Translations under genes and position numbers: made by a program
Source of the DNA: the human T2T-CHM13v2.0 reference genome, Homo sapiens
DNA length: 64,000 nt
Strand: one strand, 5' to 3'
Assembly (NCBI RefSeq): GCF_009914755.1
Contig: NC_060941.1
In this document: in pieces, positions 42,226 through 64,000 of the stretch
Position numbering within the stretch: position 1 is the stretch's first letter
How the letters are laid out: each line of letters begins with the position of its first letter
Notes under the pieces: model-generated
Told to the model about the DNA's origin: nothing
What the model saw: only the letters and a program-made list of their open reading frames with translations
Databases searched by the model: none

Positions 42226-43124
42226 AATGATAATGATTTTTGTCTATTTGTATCTTTTATTTGGTGAGAGATCATCTCATGCTTTTCTTTAGTTCTTTCG
42301 ATGTGACTTCCTTTAGTTCTTTGAACATGTTTAGCATAGCTGATGTGAGGCCTTTGTCTAGTTAGTCCAATATCTGGGCTTCTTGGGGACAATCTCTATT
42401 TATTGCTTTTTTATTCCTGTGTTTGGGCCATACATTTGTATTTCTTGGCATGTCTTATAATTTTTTTTTATTAAAAACTATACTTTTTGTATGATTTAAT
42501 GTGGCAACTTTGCAAATCAGATTGACATACCTCCCAGAGTTTGTGTTGTTGCTGTTTGTTGTAGTTGTTCTTTGTTTCATTAATACATTTTCTTAGCTAG
42601 TTCTGGAAAGTCTGTATTCCCTGTCACGTGTGACCACTTATAGTCTCTGCTTAGCTTAGTGATTAGTTAATGATTGAACAAAGATTTCCTTAAGCATTTG
42701 TCACCAAAAAATCTCCCCTTCTCTGCTAAGGGGCTCTGTGTGCGTGTGTGAGCATGCCTTTACACTCAGCCAGGCAGTTGTCAACTCTGCCTTAGTGTCT
42801 GTGCAGAGATGAGGTCAGCCAGAGAGTTTAGGGCTTTATCGGTTTTCCTGAGCATGACACAGCTCTGGGCGTGCACACAGCTCTATCCATGCTTGTGACC
42901 TTCTAGACTCCCAGGAATATGTCAGATCTTTTCAAAGCCCTGTGGACACATCATGCTTCAGCTTTTCCTTTTACTTATTTACTTTTGTTGTTTAAATGTA
43001 ATAGAAGTTGAGCACAGTGGCTCACGTCTGTAATCCTAACACTTTGAGAAGCTGAGGCGGGAGGATCGCCTGCATTCAGGAGTTTGAAACTAGCCTATGC
43101 AGCATAGTGAGATCTTGCCTTTAA

Positions 43125-43210
<86 letters not shown>

Positions 43211-43257
43211 GGGGGAAGGAGGGAGGGAGGGAGAGAGAGAGAGAGAGAAAGAAAGAA
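43125..43257 (+). repeat. GA-rich polypurine microsatellite between two facing Alu monomers
   Basis: (GA)n/(GGA)n tract of ~130 bp; monomers at ~43010-43120 (+) and ~43262-43368 (-). Confidence 0.92.
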
Positions 43258-43910
43258 AATAGGGACAGGGTCTTGCTATGTTGACCAGGTTGGTTGTGAA
43301 CTCCTGGCCTCAAGCAGTCCTGCCTCAGCCTCCCAAAGTACAGGCGTGAGCCACTGTACTCGGCCCAGCTTTTCCTTTTAAGCTTTTCGGTAGGTCTATT
43401 CCTTTCCCCACCTGTTATCCACTGCCTCAGGAAGCTGCAAAGTTAGTCAGTTGCCTGCAATTACACCCTGATGAAAAGACTTTTCACACCAGGCAAAGGC
43501 TGAACCAAGTCAATTACAGCCAACCTTGCAAGAGGAGCCTTATCAGGGAACCACCAGACCGGTCAGATAATGACAGTTCTTTGGGCATGAGACTTGAAAG
43601 GAGCTCCAGCCTCATTCTGCTCCCTCTTGTGGCGCCAGGCTGCTGTTTTTCATCAGGAGTGCAGAATGTGAATTTTCAAGGCCACCACGGAACTGCAGAG
43701 TGTGCGATCTTAACTAGGGCAAGTGAAAATGCCACTGTTCTTACCAAGATTCTGCTGTTTTTCTTGAATAAACATTCTCCCGACTGCCCTAAGCCTCTGG
43801 CTAATTTCCAGAGTTCTGAAAAACTTGATTCTGACCATTTTTGCCAGTTTTCTCACTGCTATTATGGAGGAGAGAATTTTTGGAGGTCCTTACTTCACGG
43901 ATTTTGCTGA

Positions 43911-45771
<1,861 letters not shown>

Positions 45772-46513
45772 GAGCAGGCGTATCTAAGAAAACATATTTC
45801 TGGGCCAGCTGAGTTCAGGGAAAATGCCTTGAACTTGGAGAAATACTAAGTCAAAGCTTACGAGCTAAGTACTTTTGTTATTTTACAAAACGGCCTTTCC
45901 TAGAAACAGCTCTGAGTGACAGGGTGAGCCCTCATTGTGCATTCATGGGAAAATGGAAACGAAATCTAACAGGACAAAGGACAGATAACCTTTCCATCTT
46001 TCTTGGCAAAGCACTAATAACAGATCACAGTAAAGGCTAAAGCTCCTCTGTGAGTTTCTTTCCAACAGAGGCAGCAGAGGTACAAAGGATAAGAGGAAAT
46101 GGGCTAATGTAGCAGAGAGATTCACCTAAATGGAGTCTTTCCACGTGCTTTTCCCTACGTTAGGGACTCGGCTCTCCTCTCGCCTGGCTCCCTCCATCCT
46201 GAGGCTCATCTTCCATCTCAGCTACCTGTCACTTCCTCCAGGAGGCCTTCCCTGACCACCCTCATGTGTTCCCCTGCCACTATGCCTGTCCTATCCCCAG
46301 AGGCTTGCCCAGGGCCAAGTGTTGGGTAGGGAGTCAATGCCTGGGAGGGGCTCAAGGAACTGAATGAAGCTTGCACTCTGGGAGTCTCTCCAGAGAGTCT
46401 GTAGAGGCTGGTAGGAAACTCAGGCTGATTTGAACCAAGCCCTGATTCTAGAAAACCACATACCTGCCAAACCAGAAGCAGCAGCCCCCTCTCTCCCCTG
46501 CTCCCTGCCCTAA

Positions 46514-47093
<580 letters not shown>

Positions 47094-47683
47094 CTAACAC
47101 TTTATTTTTAAGTTGAGTAGTGATAATACATGCCCACGGAACAGAATCTAAAGGGTGCAAAAAAGAAAATGCCTTCCTCTCACCTCTGCCTGCACCTCCT
47201 CCCCTCCCTCCCTCTCTTATGTCTGCCTTCAGAGCTAGTCTCTGCGTATGCAAGGAAACACACCTCTCTCTTCTTTACTCTTTCTTTTTGCACACTTCAC
47301 ACACTATTCTGTACTCGATGTTTTCCATTGTGTGTACCTTGGAGATAGTTTCATATTTCATACACCGCTGCCCCATGCCTATTAATAACTGCATCATGTG
47401 GGTGTACCATAATTTATATATGGATTCTAATATTTTGTTGCTACCCCCCAAAAAATACAGCAAAGAGCATCTTTATACACAGATTGTTGCACACATGCGG
47501 GGATATATCTACAGCAGACATTGCTGGCAGTGGGACTTCTAGGTCGGAGCACACATGCATTTTTAACATTGCCGGATATTGCCTTATTGTGGGGAGTCTT
47601 GGCATATACCGATTCTTGGCCTTGCACCTGGAGGTTTTGATTCAGTAGGTCGAGGGCGAGGCCTCAGCATCTGGGTTGTATGA

Positions 47684-48052
<369 letters not shown>

Positions 48053-48181
48053 TGACAGGGCAGCCAGGGCTAAAGACAGGCCATTGCTAGGATATCAGGT
48101 GCTCGTGGAACCCAGCACCAGCCCAGGGAGGCCACCCTCACTGCAGCCATCCTAGACGTGTGTGGCCTTTACAACAACTTT

Positions 48182-48195
48182 CCAGCAGGGGGCAG
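48182..48195 (+). promoter_or_regulatory. Candidate CTCF site CCAGCAGGGGGCAG (DNAI2 intron 8)
   Basis: Exact fit to the CTCF core CCASYAGRKGGCRS; binding not shown. Confidence 0.5.
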
Positions 48196-48538
48196 CAGAG
48201 CTTCTCGAAGAAGGACACCATAGTCATCATGGCACCAAGTCATCTTTTGGCCAGTGGCCCAGCTGAACACAGAGGGCAATCTTTTGACAGAACAATTCCA
48301 GAAAAGCCCTGTTTTGTGGGGAAGGTCACGCCCAGGACCAACATCGGGAGGCCTGGACTCCAACCCAGGTCCTGGCCCTGCCTGGCACGGGGTCCCTAGG
48401 CTGGTCACCTGCCTTCCTCTGGGGAAGGAAGAGGTACTGGAGAGGAAAATGAGGTCAAAGCAGGCTCCTTGGAAAACCAGAGCACAAGCATGGTCTCGGT
48501 GTTCAGTCACTGAGAATGACAAAGAAATATCAAAGTTC

Positions 48539-49240
<702 letters not shown>

Positions 49241-50088
49241 CAGGAAATATCAGTTTGAGCATAGTGCAAATGTGTTAGAGGAGGGAAGCTTCCTAGAAGC
49301 AGTAAAGGAAGACTTCCTCGCTAGAGTAAGAAGACAACTTTCCCTTGTTGTTGGCTTTTGGTTTGGGCTGAGTCTTGGTTTACGTCTTAGTGCAGCCCAG
49401 GCCTGGTTCCCCCTTGGGGGTGTCACTTGTTTGCTTCGGGGTCATGGGCCATCATTCCTAGGGCTTTGGGAGGCCCTGGCCTCGAACATACCTGGGCAAC
49501 CCTAGCTCAAGGCTGAGAGATGAATGTTGATGGAAGGAGGAGACAATTCCACTGACCCCCTCCCCAGAGGACAAGGCACTGGGCAGGGAGGTTGGGGTGG
49601 CGAGGGCTCAGGAAAACATTCTGTCCCAGAGGCAAGGCTTTCTAGGCCAAGTGCTAGACATGCAGCCACATCACTACTAGGGCCATCTCCTCCATGCCTG
49701 GCCCTTGCAGGGTGCACACTGTGTGCTGGACACTTGTGGCTGCCTGATTTAATAAGCTTGTGCAGTCGCCTACAACCATCTCGTGGGGTAATGTTATTAT
49801 CCGTACTTGCCAGACACACACGATGAGTCTTCATGAGATTAGGTTGTGAGTCCTAGTACCTGGTAAAGCCGGGACTCAAACCCAGGGCTCCAACTCTGAG
49901 GCCCAGGGTGTCCACCTGCAGCCCACCATGAAGTCTGAGGCTAGAGGCACGATGGGCCACTCAGATCTGGGTGGCCTTTCTCTCTGGCTCACTGACGGGC
50001 GGCGTGCAGTCGGCTTGAATACTTTCTTCTCTGGACCTCTCAAGCTTGGTCTTTCCACTTGCCCTTGACGCCCAACTTGAAGCCCAGA

Positions 50089-50932
50089 TTTTTGTTTTGT
50101 TTTGTTGAGACATCGTTTTGCTCTGTTGCCCATGCTGGAGTGCAGTTGTGTAATCTCAGCTTACTGCAACATCCACCTCCCGGGCTCAAGCCTCAGCCTC
50201 TTGAGCAGCTGGGACCACAGGCACATGCCACCAAGCCAGGCTGATTTTTTTTTTTTTTTTGAGACAGAGTCTCACTCTGTTGCCCAGGCTGGAGTGCAGT
50301 GACATGATCTTGGCTCGCTGCAACCTCTGCCTCCCAGGTTCAAGTGATTCTCGTGCCTCAACCACCACACCTGGCCATGTTCTGGGTATTTTCTAGAGAT
50401 TTTATATTTATCATTTTAGTAATTTTCTGGTAGAAGAAAACTGCATAATAAAACAATATGTTTTTTAAAAAAATAAAAATAAAAAAGCTGGGGGGCCAGG
50501 TGCAGTGGCTCAGGTCTGTAATCCCAGCACTTTGGGAAGCCGATGTGTGCAGATCACTTGAGCTTAGGAGTTTGAGACCAGTCTGGACAACATAGGGAGA
50601 CTCCATCTCTACAAAAATACAAAAATTAGCTGACCCTGGTGGTGTGTGCTTGTGGTCTCTACGTGGGAGGCTGAGGTGGGAGTACTGCTTGAGCCCAGAA
50701 GGTCAAGGATGCAGTGAGCTGAGATCGCACCGCTGCACTCCAGCCTGGGCAATGGAGCCAGAACCTGTCTCGAGAAATAAATAAATAAACTAGGAGTTCT
50801 TTTTTCTTTTCTTTTCTTTTTTCTTTTTCTTTTTTCTTTTTTTTTTTTTTTTTTTTTTTTTGAGGTAGGGCCTTGCTCTGTAGGCCAGGCTGGAGTGCAG
50901 TGGCATGATCTCGGCTCACTGCAACCTCTGCC
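50089..50932. mobile_element. Cluster of Alu fragments (- 50089-50376, + 50494-50790, - 50797-50932)
   Basis: Alu consensus segments in mixed orientation. Confidence 0.83.
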
Positions 50933-51825
50933 TAAAACCTGGGAGTTCTATAGGGGCAGGTTCACCAGCTGCAGAGGACATCTGAGCCCGTTGACAAAGG
51001 CCCTCCCCTCAGTGTGCCCCTCCCCTACCTCACTCAGCTGTTCTTTCCATTTGGAATGCTGAGGACACAGCACCATTGTAGGCTCAGGCCCTGCTGGTGG
51101 AGGTTGTTCAGTCTAGCCCAGAAGTTAAGACAGAACAGTAAACAAGGAAGGGCATTGCGTGATGGAGGGGGTCATGCTCAGAGACGCGAGGGGAGCACTG
51201 GACCAGGAGTCAGGAGACCAGCCTTTGTGCATTCAGTCCGCAGTGAAGTGAATAACTACTAAAGCTCAGTTCGTGGGCGATGGACCCATGTCAGACAAGC
51301 TCGTGCCCCTCAAAGAGCTCACCCACCAGTGGTAGGGGGACGAGTTACATCATCGACTGCCAGGTAGCTTCCTGAGTGCTGGTTGGTCACCTGCTCTGAG
51401 TTCTCAGGGACACCAGCCTGGACAATGCTATGACAAATGTCACTGTCTTGCCAGGGAAGGCTCTGCCCATCCCATGAGTGATCTGGGTGGGCCACCCTGC
51501 GTCCCCTCCCTGGGTCTTCTTTACTCTCTCTGTAAACAAACATTCAGGATCTTTATGGCCAAATGCATCGAGGACACAGTGGTGCTCTGCAGAGGGGGCT
51601 AGTGACCTGACAACCCTCCAGGACTGGAGGAGCCAGGGAGGGCTTCATTCAGCACAGGCTCCTTGAGCAGCTTCCAAAAAGATGGGGTCTGAGGAGCCCG
51701 GGAAGAGTGGGGACTGCTCTCCAGGAGGGGCCACAGCCCTTGCCAAGGCTTGATCTGAGGGCCTTTCTAGCGCCTGCAGACCCCCCAAGCAAGCTCCTGT
51801 CCATGCCCGCTAATCCCAGAATTGA

Positions 51826-52092
<267 letters not shown>

Positions 52093-52309
52093 TAAGAGGC
52101 GATGCTGGGGACAGGAGGGGATGCAGGAGACAGGAGGGGATGGAGGGAGCCCAGCTGGGCCCCGGAGAGTCCCGAGCCTCCATATGTAAAATGGAGAAAA
52201 ACCTTTCCACAAACACCCGAGCTCGTGTTAGCAAGTGACTTGCTCCAGCCACTCCACAAAGTGATAAGCTTCAAACACTCAGTTACTAAAAATAATGGCC
52301 ATGGCTTAA

Positions 52310-52623
<314 letters not shown>

Positions 52624-53274
52624 TTAATTTTCATAATCCTCAAACTATCCCCAGGAGGAGGCAGCATTGCTCTTCTCTTCATCTCATTTTTCATGTTAGG
52701 GAACTGGGCTACAGAAAGGCCAAGCCACTTGCTCCTGCTCTCCCAGCTAGTGAGGAGCCGAGATTGGGTGTGAACCCAGGAAGCTTGGCTGGGAAATGCG
52801 GGTGCCTTGGCACGATTCAGCAGTGAGGCATAGCCTGTCTTGCTCAGTGCCACTCCTCTGAGGAGAGCAACAGACAGGGAGCTTGAGACAGAGCTATGAG
52901 CACAATGGTTAGACCAGAGAAGCTTGGACTATCACATCCCCCTCCATTCTTCTTAGGGCCCATTTACCTTGTCTAAAAGTGCCCTTTCTCCTCCTCCCCT
53001 TCATCTCCTAAATTAGGTAATAAGCCCGAATTCTAACCACCCCCTTGAGTCATTCACCACCGAGCACTGCCATGTGTATTGTGCATTGCATGTATAAATA
53101 ATTACTTTTTTCTCTTGCTAAAAAAAACATCCTGGGGTTCCTTTCCTGCCCACAGAACCACAGACTCCTGCAACGTCAAAGCCACCAGCAACCCTAATGA
53201 GCATCTTTGGTTCCAGTGCTTCCCAAATCTGGTTGCATCAGAATATCTTGGGAGGAGTTTTTGTTTGTTTGTTA

Positions 53275-55756
<2,482 letters not shown>

Positions 55757-55901
55757 TCAGCACAGCTAGAAGTCAGACACAAGGAAGAACTTCCTACCTA
55801 GCAAGACTCTGAGATCCTGGAGCCCAGAAGGGACCAAGTGAGCCAAGCTGTGGCTCAGAAGCCTCTGTCCCTCCAACCATGATGTGGTCTACCTCCCACA
55901 G

Positions 55902-56037
55902 GTACCACATGGCTTACCTCACTGATGCTGCCTGGAGCCCCGTGAGGCCGACCGTTTTCTTTACCACCAGGATGGACGGAACCCTGGATATCTGGGACTT
56001 CATGTTCGAGCAGTGCGATCCCACCCTCAGCTTGAAG
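55902..56037 (+). CDS. DNAI2: DNAI2 exon 10 (136 nt, c.1212-1347)
   Basis: cccacag|G; [45 protein letters not shown], with the WSPxRP motif of dynein intermediate chains; AAG|gtcacg. Confidence 0.96.
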
Positions 56038-56663
56038 GTCACGTGCATGTCCCTCCTTGTGCATCCAGGTCCTCAGGGAGCCAGGTCCCGGCGTGGGTGT
56101 GAGTGTGGGGTGCTGTGAGCACGTGTGCAGTGTGTGGCCAGGTGTGTTTGGGCCTCTGTGGGGGAGCCGTGTGCAGGCTGACTGCAGCGATTGCTTTCGA
56201 GCGTGTGCTCCTACAAAGGTTAAGGGGCCTGGGGGATTTGGCATCCTGGTAGCACAACAGAATCACCTGGGGGAAATTTAAAAAGAAACAAAAGCAGGTA
56301 CCCGGCATCTCCTACCCACAGGCCGATTCCTTCAGAGCCCCTGGGGTTTGGCTGCTGGACCTTCCCCTTCATGTCAGGGTGGCCAGAGCTGAGCCCCACT
56401 GGCTGGGGCCACGGAAGGGTGGGGGCATTGGGGAACCACAGGGTGACTGTGAGGCGGAACTGAAGGGGTGGGGCGGGAGATGAGGCAGGGAAGCCAGGAG
56501 CCTTGACAACCAGTCTCCGAGTTTGAACTTCATCCTGTGGGCAGAGGCGTCCTGAGGATGTTTGAATAGGGCCAAGTGGCTGAGCCTCCCCAGGGGCCAG
56601 TTAATCAGACACACATAACTTTGCTCCTCTCCTCTACCTGGGTCTGCCCGGCCCCTTCAATAG

Positions 56664-56960
<297 letters not shown>

Positions 56961-57164
56961 TAGGTGTTGGTGTGTCCATTTGCCTTTGCTCAACTGCTGG
57001 GTAGCTAAGTGGCCTTCAGTAAGTCACGTCACTCTCCAGGATTCAGTTTTTTACCTGTAAATCAAAGAGGTTCGACTTGGTCAGTTTGTCTAGTTTCAAA
57101 TAACACTTTTTTTTTTTTGTGGAAACTTTCCAATGAAGGCTTAGTATTGTATTATATTATATTG

Positions 57165-58282
<1,118 letters not shown>

Positions 58283-58502
58283 GGAAAACCCCTAGTGCTG
58301 AGGCCTGGAGAGCCTCCTGGCTCTGCCTGAGACTGGGATCTCACCATTGAGCTGGTCCTTGTTGGGCCAAAGCCGCCATATTTCATAGCTCCAAAGGGCG
58401 CTCTTCTGCCTGTGGTTCTGGAACTCCATGCTCCTTGGCATTGAGTAACTCAGTGTCCCTGCTGCAGCCTTCCAACCCCAATATTCAGCCCTCCTTCCTT
58501 GA

Positions 58503-58979
<477 letters not shown>

Positions 58980-60554
58980 TAGTCTTACCTGCTAGATCTT
59001 AATTTATTCACCTGGCAAGTGGGAAGAATTATTCCCTTCCTTCCAAAGCATCCCAAGTCTCCAAACAGACTTCAGGCTCCTTACAGGCAGGAACCATACT
59101 CCATGCCTCCTGGTATCCTCCCCTCCCCCCAGAGAGGGCACATGGTGAAAATGCGTGTTGAGTGACTGAACGAGGGAACATGTGTGTTGAGTGACTGAAC
59201 GAGGGTCCTAGAGGTAAGTGAGCTGTCAGAGAGGAATGGGCCTTGAGACCCCTGGAGGGAAGGGCTGGGACATTAGCGGTGTGCACGTCATGCTGGCTTA
59301 CCCAGGTTTGGTGTCAGGAGTGTGACCTGTGGTCAGCTCATCTGCCCATGGCCCCAGCTCTAAAGCACTTTCTAGCTGTATCACCTGAGCTGGTCACTTC
59401 ACTTCTGGCTTCCTTCATTTCCATCTGGAAAATGAGGAGATGTTGCTATAAAGATGGTGTCTGGTCATCTTCCAGGCCCTCTTTTGTACCAGCGGAGAGA
59501 GGAAGAAAAGACATTGCCTGTCTGGGTCACCTCCTTCAGGCCCCACAGATAAGATGCCAAGATATGAAAGAGCCAAAGAGCAGCGTGGAAGGGAAAAGAA
59601 ACAGCGGGTATATGCCAGGATTTACCCTTGTAGGCAAGACTGGCTGCAGACTTGGGGATTGCAGGCACTGCAAAATGAAAATGTGAGGGCCCTCGTTTAA
59701 AAAGTATTAATAATTTTAAAACAGTGACAATAGAGCGTTAAACCAAGCGTGGGCCCTGCTGAGACAGGGTCCAGTGTATCTGCACAGAGCACCCACCCAT
59801 GACGCCTGCTTGAAGAAGAGCTGTATGGCAAGTTCTTGGTCCCTGATAGAGTGGACAGAGCGAAGGATGGTGCATGAGCACACAGGGAAGATAACTGGTT
59901 CCATCTTGTGATTTCTTCCCTCTTCTGCCTCCCTCCCCCTGGGTCTAAAGCTGTGATTTCCACAGGTGCATTTTGCATTTGGGGGTACTTGGTTATGAGA
60001 TGTTTTCTTCTCACACTGGGTAATACAGGTGGGGCAGAGAGCTCCCTCCACTTCTGGTGGAGGCAAAACTAGAATCCTGGATTCTGACGCCTAATCCAGG
60101 GCTCCTCCCACTCACCACTCCTGGCCTATCCAGCCCTGCAGAAGGCAAAGATGACACTGGCCACCTTTTACAACGCAATGGTGGCTGGTAGGCACCATGC
60201 TTTGTGACATATGTCCCAAAACGTGCTCCTCACCATGGCTTGAACATTCTACATGAAGAAGTTGAGCCTTGGAAGGGGTTCAGGTTCACAGAACTTGGCC
60301 CCTTCCTCCTCCTGCCTGCCACACACTTCCTGTCTCTCTCTTAGTCTGCAATTGGCCCAAAACGCTGGTGGTCACAAAGTACCGCGTGGTACTGAAGCTG
60401 TTTTACATAGGCTGGGTCCTTATGCCCACTATTTCTAATCCTGGCCACAGCCCTGCAAGGTGTCCTGTCCTCTCTATGGGTGAGGGGGCCAAGGAGACTC
60501 AGGAGGAGCTAGCCCGAGGCCTCCCAGTCTGCATGTGGCAGAAGCCAGGCGTGA

Positions 60555-60863
<309 letters not shown>

Positions 60864-61235
60864 AAGTCAGCCTTCGACTGCGGCGCTATCCCTGTGTGCC
60901 TTCCTTTCCCACCTCTTGGTATTGCCCCGCTCTCACAAGTGGGAGGCTGAGCTCCGCCTTAAAGCAGCACTGGGTGGTGGGCTAGGAGCATCGGGCCCTG
61001 ACTCCCCAGCCCCTACAAATCACTAGCCCCCACTGACTCACTGGGCACTGAGTCCTGAGCCACCCCTTGGAGAGAGGGAAGGGGCGGGGCTTGTCCCGGA
61101 GCTGGCTGCCCCATTGTCTCAGCCACCCTGAGCCCACCCCAAGGCCGAGGCCACCTTAGTCCTAGTCCTGGATGTCTCCTGGGATTCAGCTTCTCACAGG
61201 CTCCCCAGCAATCATTTTCGTTTGTAACCTTGCAG

Positions 61236-61530
61236 ACCCTCAACCAGACTTGCATGGCCATGGCAGGGCCTCGGGAAGACCTTCAGGAGTGGGGAAGGGT
61301 TTCTCCTCCATGATCGACCCTCCTCGTCCACCTACAAATCAGGAACAGAAAGTCTGTCCACTTTGAAAATACCTTTCCAGGCAGCTCCCTGACCATTTGG
61401 ACACATTGCCACGACAGGAGCCTCCAAGTATGTGGGAGGGGACGGGCGGGACGAGCTTGGCTGTTCTGCTGCACCTGAATGCTTTCTGTTATCCTAATTC
61501 TTGTAAAATTAAATGAATCGTAACAATGCC
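61236..61530 (+). other. DNAI2: DNAI2 exon 14 (3' UTR exon)
   Basis: Upstream donor CTTG|gtattg at 60919; acceptor ttttcgtttgtaaccttgcag| (AG 61234-61235); ATTAAA 61508-61513. Confidence 0.72.
61508..61513 (+). terminator. DNAI2: DNAI2 polyadenylation signal ATTAAA
   Basis: Variant poly(A) hexamer with upstream UGUA (ttgtaaa) and downstream GU-rich sequence. Confidence 0.72.
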
Positions 61531-62001
61531 ACGAGTTAGTACGTGTGATGCATCCTGCACCCAGAGCCTGTCACGTTATCTCGTGTAACTCATTCACGAC
61601 ATCCCTGGAACTGTGTGCTCCCATCACCTTTATACTACACAGGAGGTTCCAGGAGCGGTACAGGGACGTGCCCAAGTCTCAGAACTCGTGACGGGGCACA
61701 GCGGGGACGGGAGCCCAGGCAGCTCATTCCTGACCCTGCACGGTCATCAACTGTGGGCCAGGTGCTGTGCAGGCCTCTCGGGGACTCCAGGGTGGGAAGT
61801 GGGCTGCCCTGGGGGTGCCCTGAAACCGCAGCTCAACAGAGCAGTCAGTGACCATTACCAGAGACATTGGGAGGTCGAGAGGGCACTTCAGTGCCAACCT
61901 TGCACAAGGAACAATGCCCTGACCATCATCATCCTGTGGATGGCAGGTGACCTTGGCAGGGACCCAAAGTGCCCTTGAAAAATGCCCTTGAAAAATGTGT
62001 T

Positions 62002-62783
<782 letters not shown>

Positions 62784-63204
62784 AATCTCCTTGAGGAGGG
62801 ACCCAGGGCCAGCTGCCCCCCGTACTCAAAGAGAAAAATGGAGCTGTCGACTGTGGTTAACCTTGATAAAAACAATAATTCAGGTTATGCTGAGTGCTTG
62901 ATCTTCACAAGTGCCCCAGGAGTGATCTCACATTTCAATCCCCACGTTATGGATGTAGCAGGCGAGAGAGAGAGAGGGAGTAACTTGCTGAGTCCAGTGG
63001 GAGTGGGTAGCAGAGCTGAGACTTCAGCCCAGAGTCACAGCCCTACAGCTTACGCCATGCACACTGCACTCCCAGGACCCGGGTAAGAGGAGTGGGCTGG
63101 GCCATTCCAGCATCAGACGGAGGGGGCCACGAGGGAGCAGCAGGCCCCTCGCTGAGCAGGGACACACACAGCCTCAGTGCCGTCCTCAGGAACGCCCTGC
63201 CTAG

Positions 63205-63340
63205 AGCAGCGATTCTCTACTGGGGAAGATTTTGCCCCCAACAGGACATCTGTCAATGTCTGGGGACAACCGGTGAGGAGAGTGCTTCTGGCATTGAGTG
63301 GGTAGAGACAGGGACCCTGCTCAGCATCCTGCACACAGGA
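63205..63340 (+). mobile_element. MER20 fragment
   Basis: 'gattttgcccc...gacatctgtcaatgtctgg...ctggcattgagtgggtagag...atcctgcacacaggacagcccc'. Confidence 0.6.
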
Positions 63341-64000
63341 CAGCCCCCTACATTTTGGACAGTGGAGTCATGCTAGAGAGGCCCAATTTAGAGAAAAATC
63401 TACCCAAATGGAGCATCCCAAGAGAAAGTACAGGCTCTGCACACACTAACCTGAGCACACCGAAGGCCCCTGTGAGAGGCTGGCACCATGAGCTCGAAGG
63501 CAGGAGGACCTTCTTTCACTGAACTGGAATTTTGACCTTTGGCTTGTGCCTGCAAAAGGAGGCTGCCTGATGGAATCAGCAGGTCCCTTGTGGGTGCAGA
63601 GAACGCCACTGGGCAGGGACAGCATTTGAAGAGGCATTTGAGGAGTGGCCGTGGAAGAGGAAAGGAGAGCCCCACAGACGGCACCCGGCAAAGGGCAGCA
63701 CGAGCTCAGCGGGTGCGGTGCCAATGCTGCCAACCCGTACGATGACCTTCACTGACCTCTCACGCTGGCCTCACCAGGAATCTGTTGTTTAGTCCCTTCC
63801 TAAGAGGAGGCAAACCAAACCACGAGGCATCACTGGGGCGCCAGAGGTGCCTGGAAAAACCCACCCCGTGGGTGTGGACTGTGCACTGGGACCACGCTGG
63901 AGCCGGTTTGGGAAGTGCGGAAGCAGCGGCCGGACTCAAGTGTCCACAGCACAGTGACGTCCTTCCTGTCCGTGCCACCCGGAAAAGGGGGTGCTTCCTT

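Noticed and set aside
63600-64000. Mild CpG enrichment at the window end
   Set aside because: No exon or clear promoter visible; the next gene (KIF19, by recall) should start outside the window.

Overview
Human (or very close primate) genomic DNA, recognisable as chromosome 17q25.1. It is GC-rich and very Alu-dense (about 75 Alu copies or fragments). The + strand carries the last three coding exons and 3' UTR of TTYH2 (1-~8820), then ~12 kb of repeat-rich intergenic DNA, then the whole DNAI2 gene (outer-arm dynein intermediate chain 2). DNAI2 has a non-coding exon 1 at ~21040-21145, 12 coding exons from 28616 to 60863 that splice into an intact 1818-nt / 605-aa ORF, and a non-coding last exon ending ~61530. 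Almost all ORFs in the supplied track are Alu- or L1-derived or chance ORFs. No prokaryotic-type system, tRNA, rRNA or CRISPR array is present. Best observations: (1) a minus-strand chimeric retro-insertion at 10691-11612, where a full Alu is fused to the 3' end of spliced TCOF1 (treacle) mRNA and one target-site duplication brackets both parts; (2) two ERV solo LTRs upstream of the RFX-type DNAI2 promoter, each inserted into an Alu, one with a near-perfect X-box and the other an LTR12 CCAAT array; (3) a DNAI2 3'-UTR intron exactly 55 nt after the stop codon, while both out-of-frame stops lie further upstream (60 and 80 nt), plus a strong cryptic donor inside exon 12, suggesting a built-in NMD filter. 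Gene identities and repeat subfamilies are from recall, not database searches; repeat boundaries are approximate.
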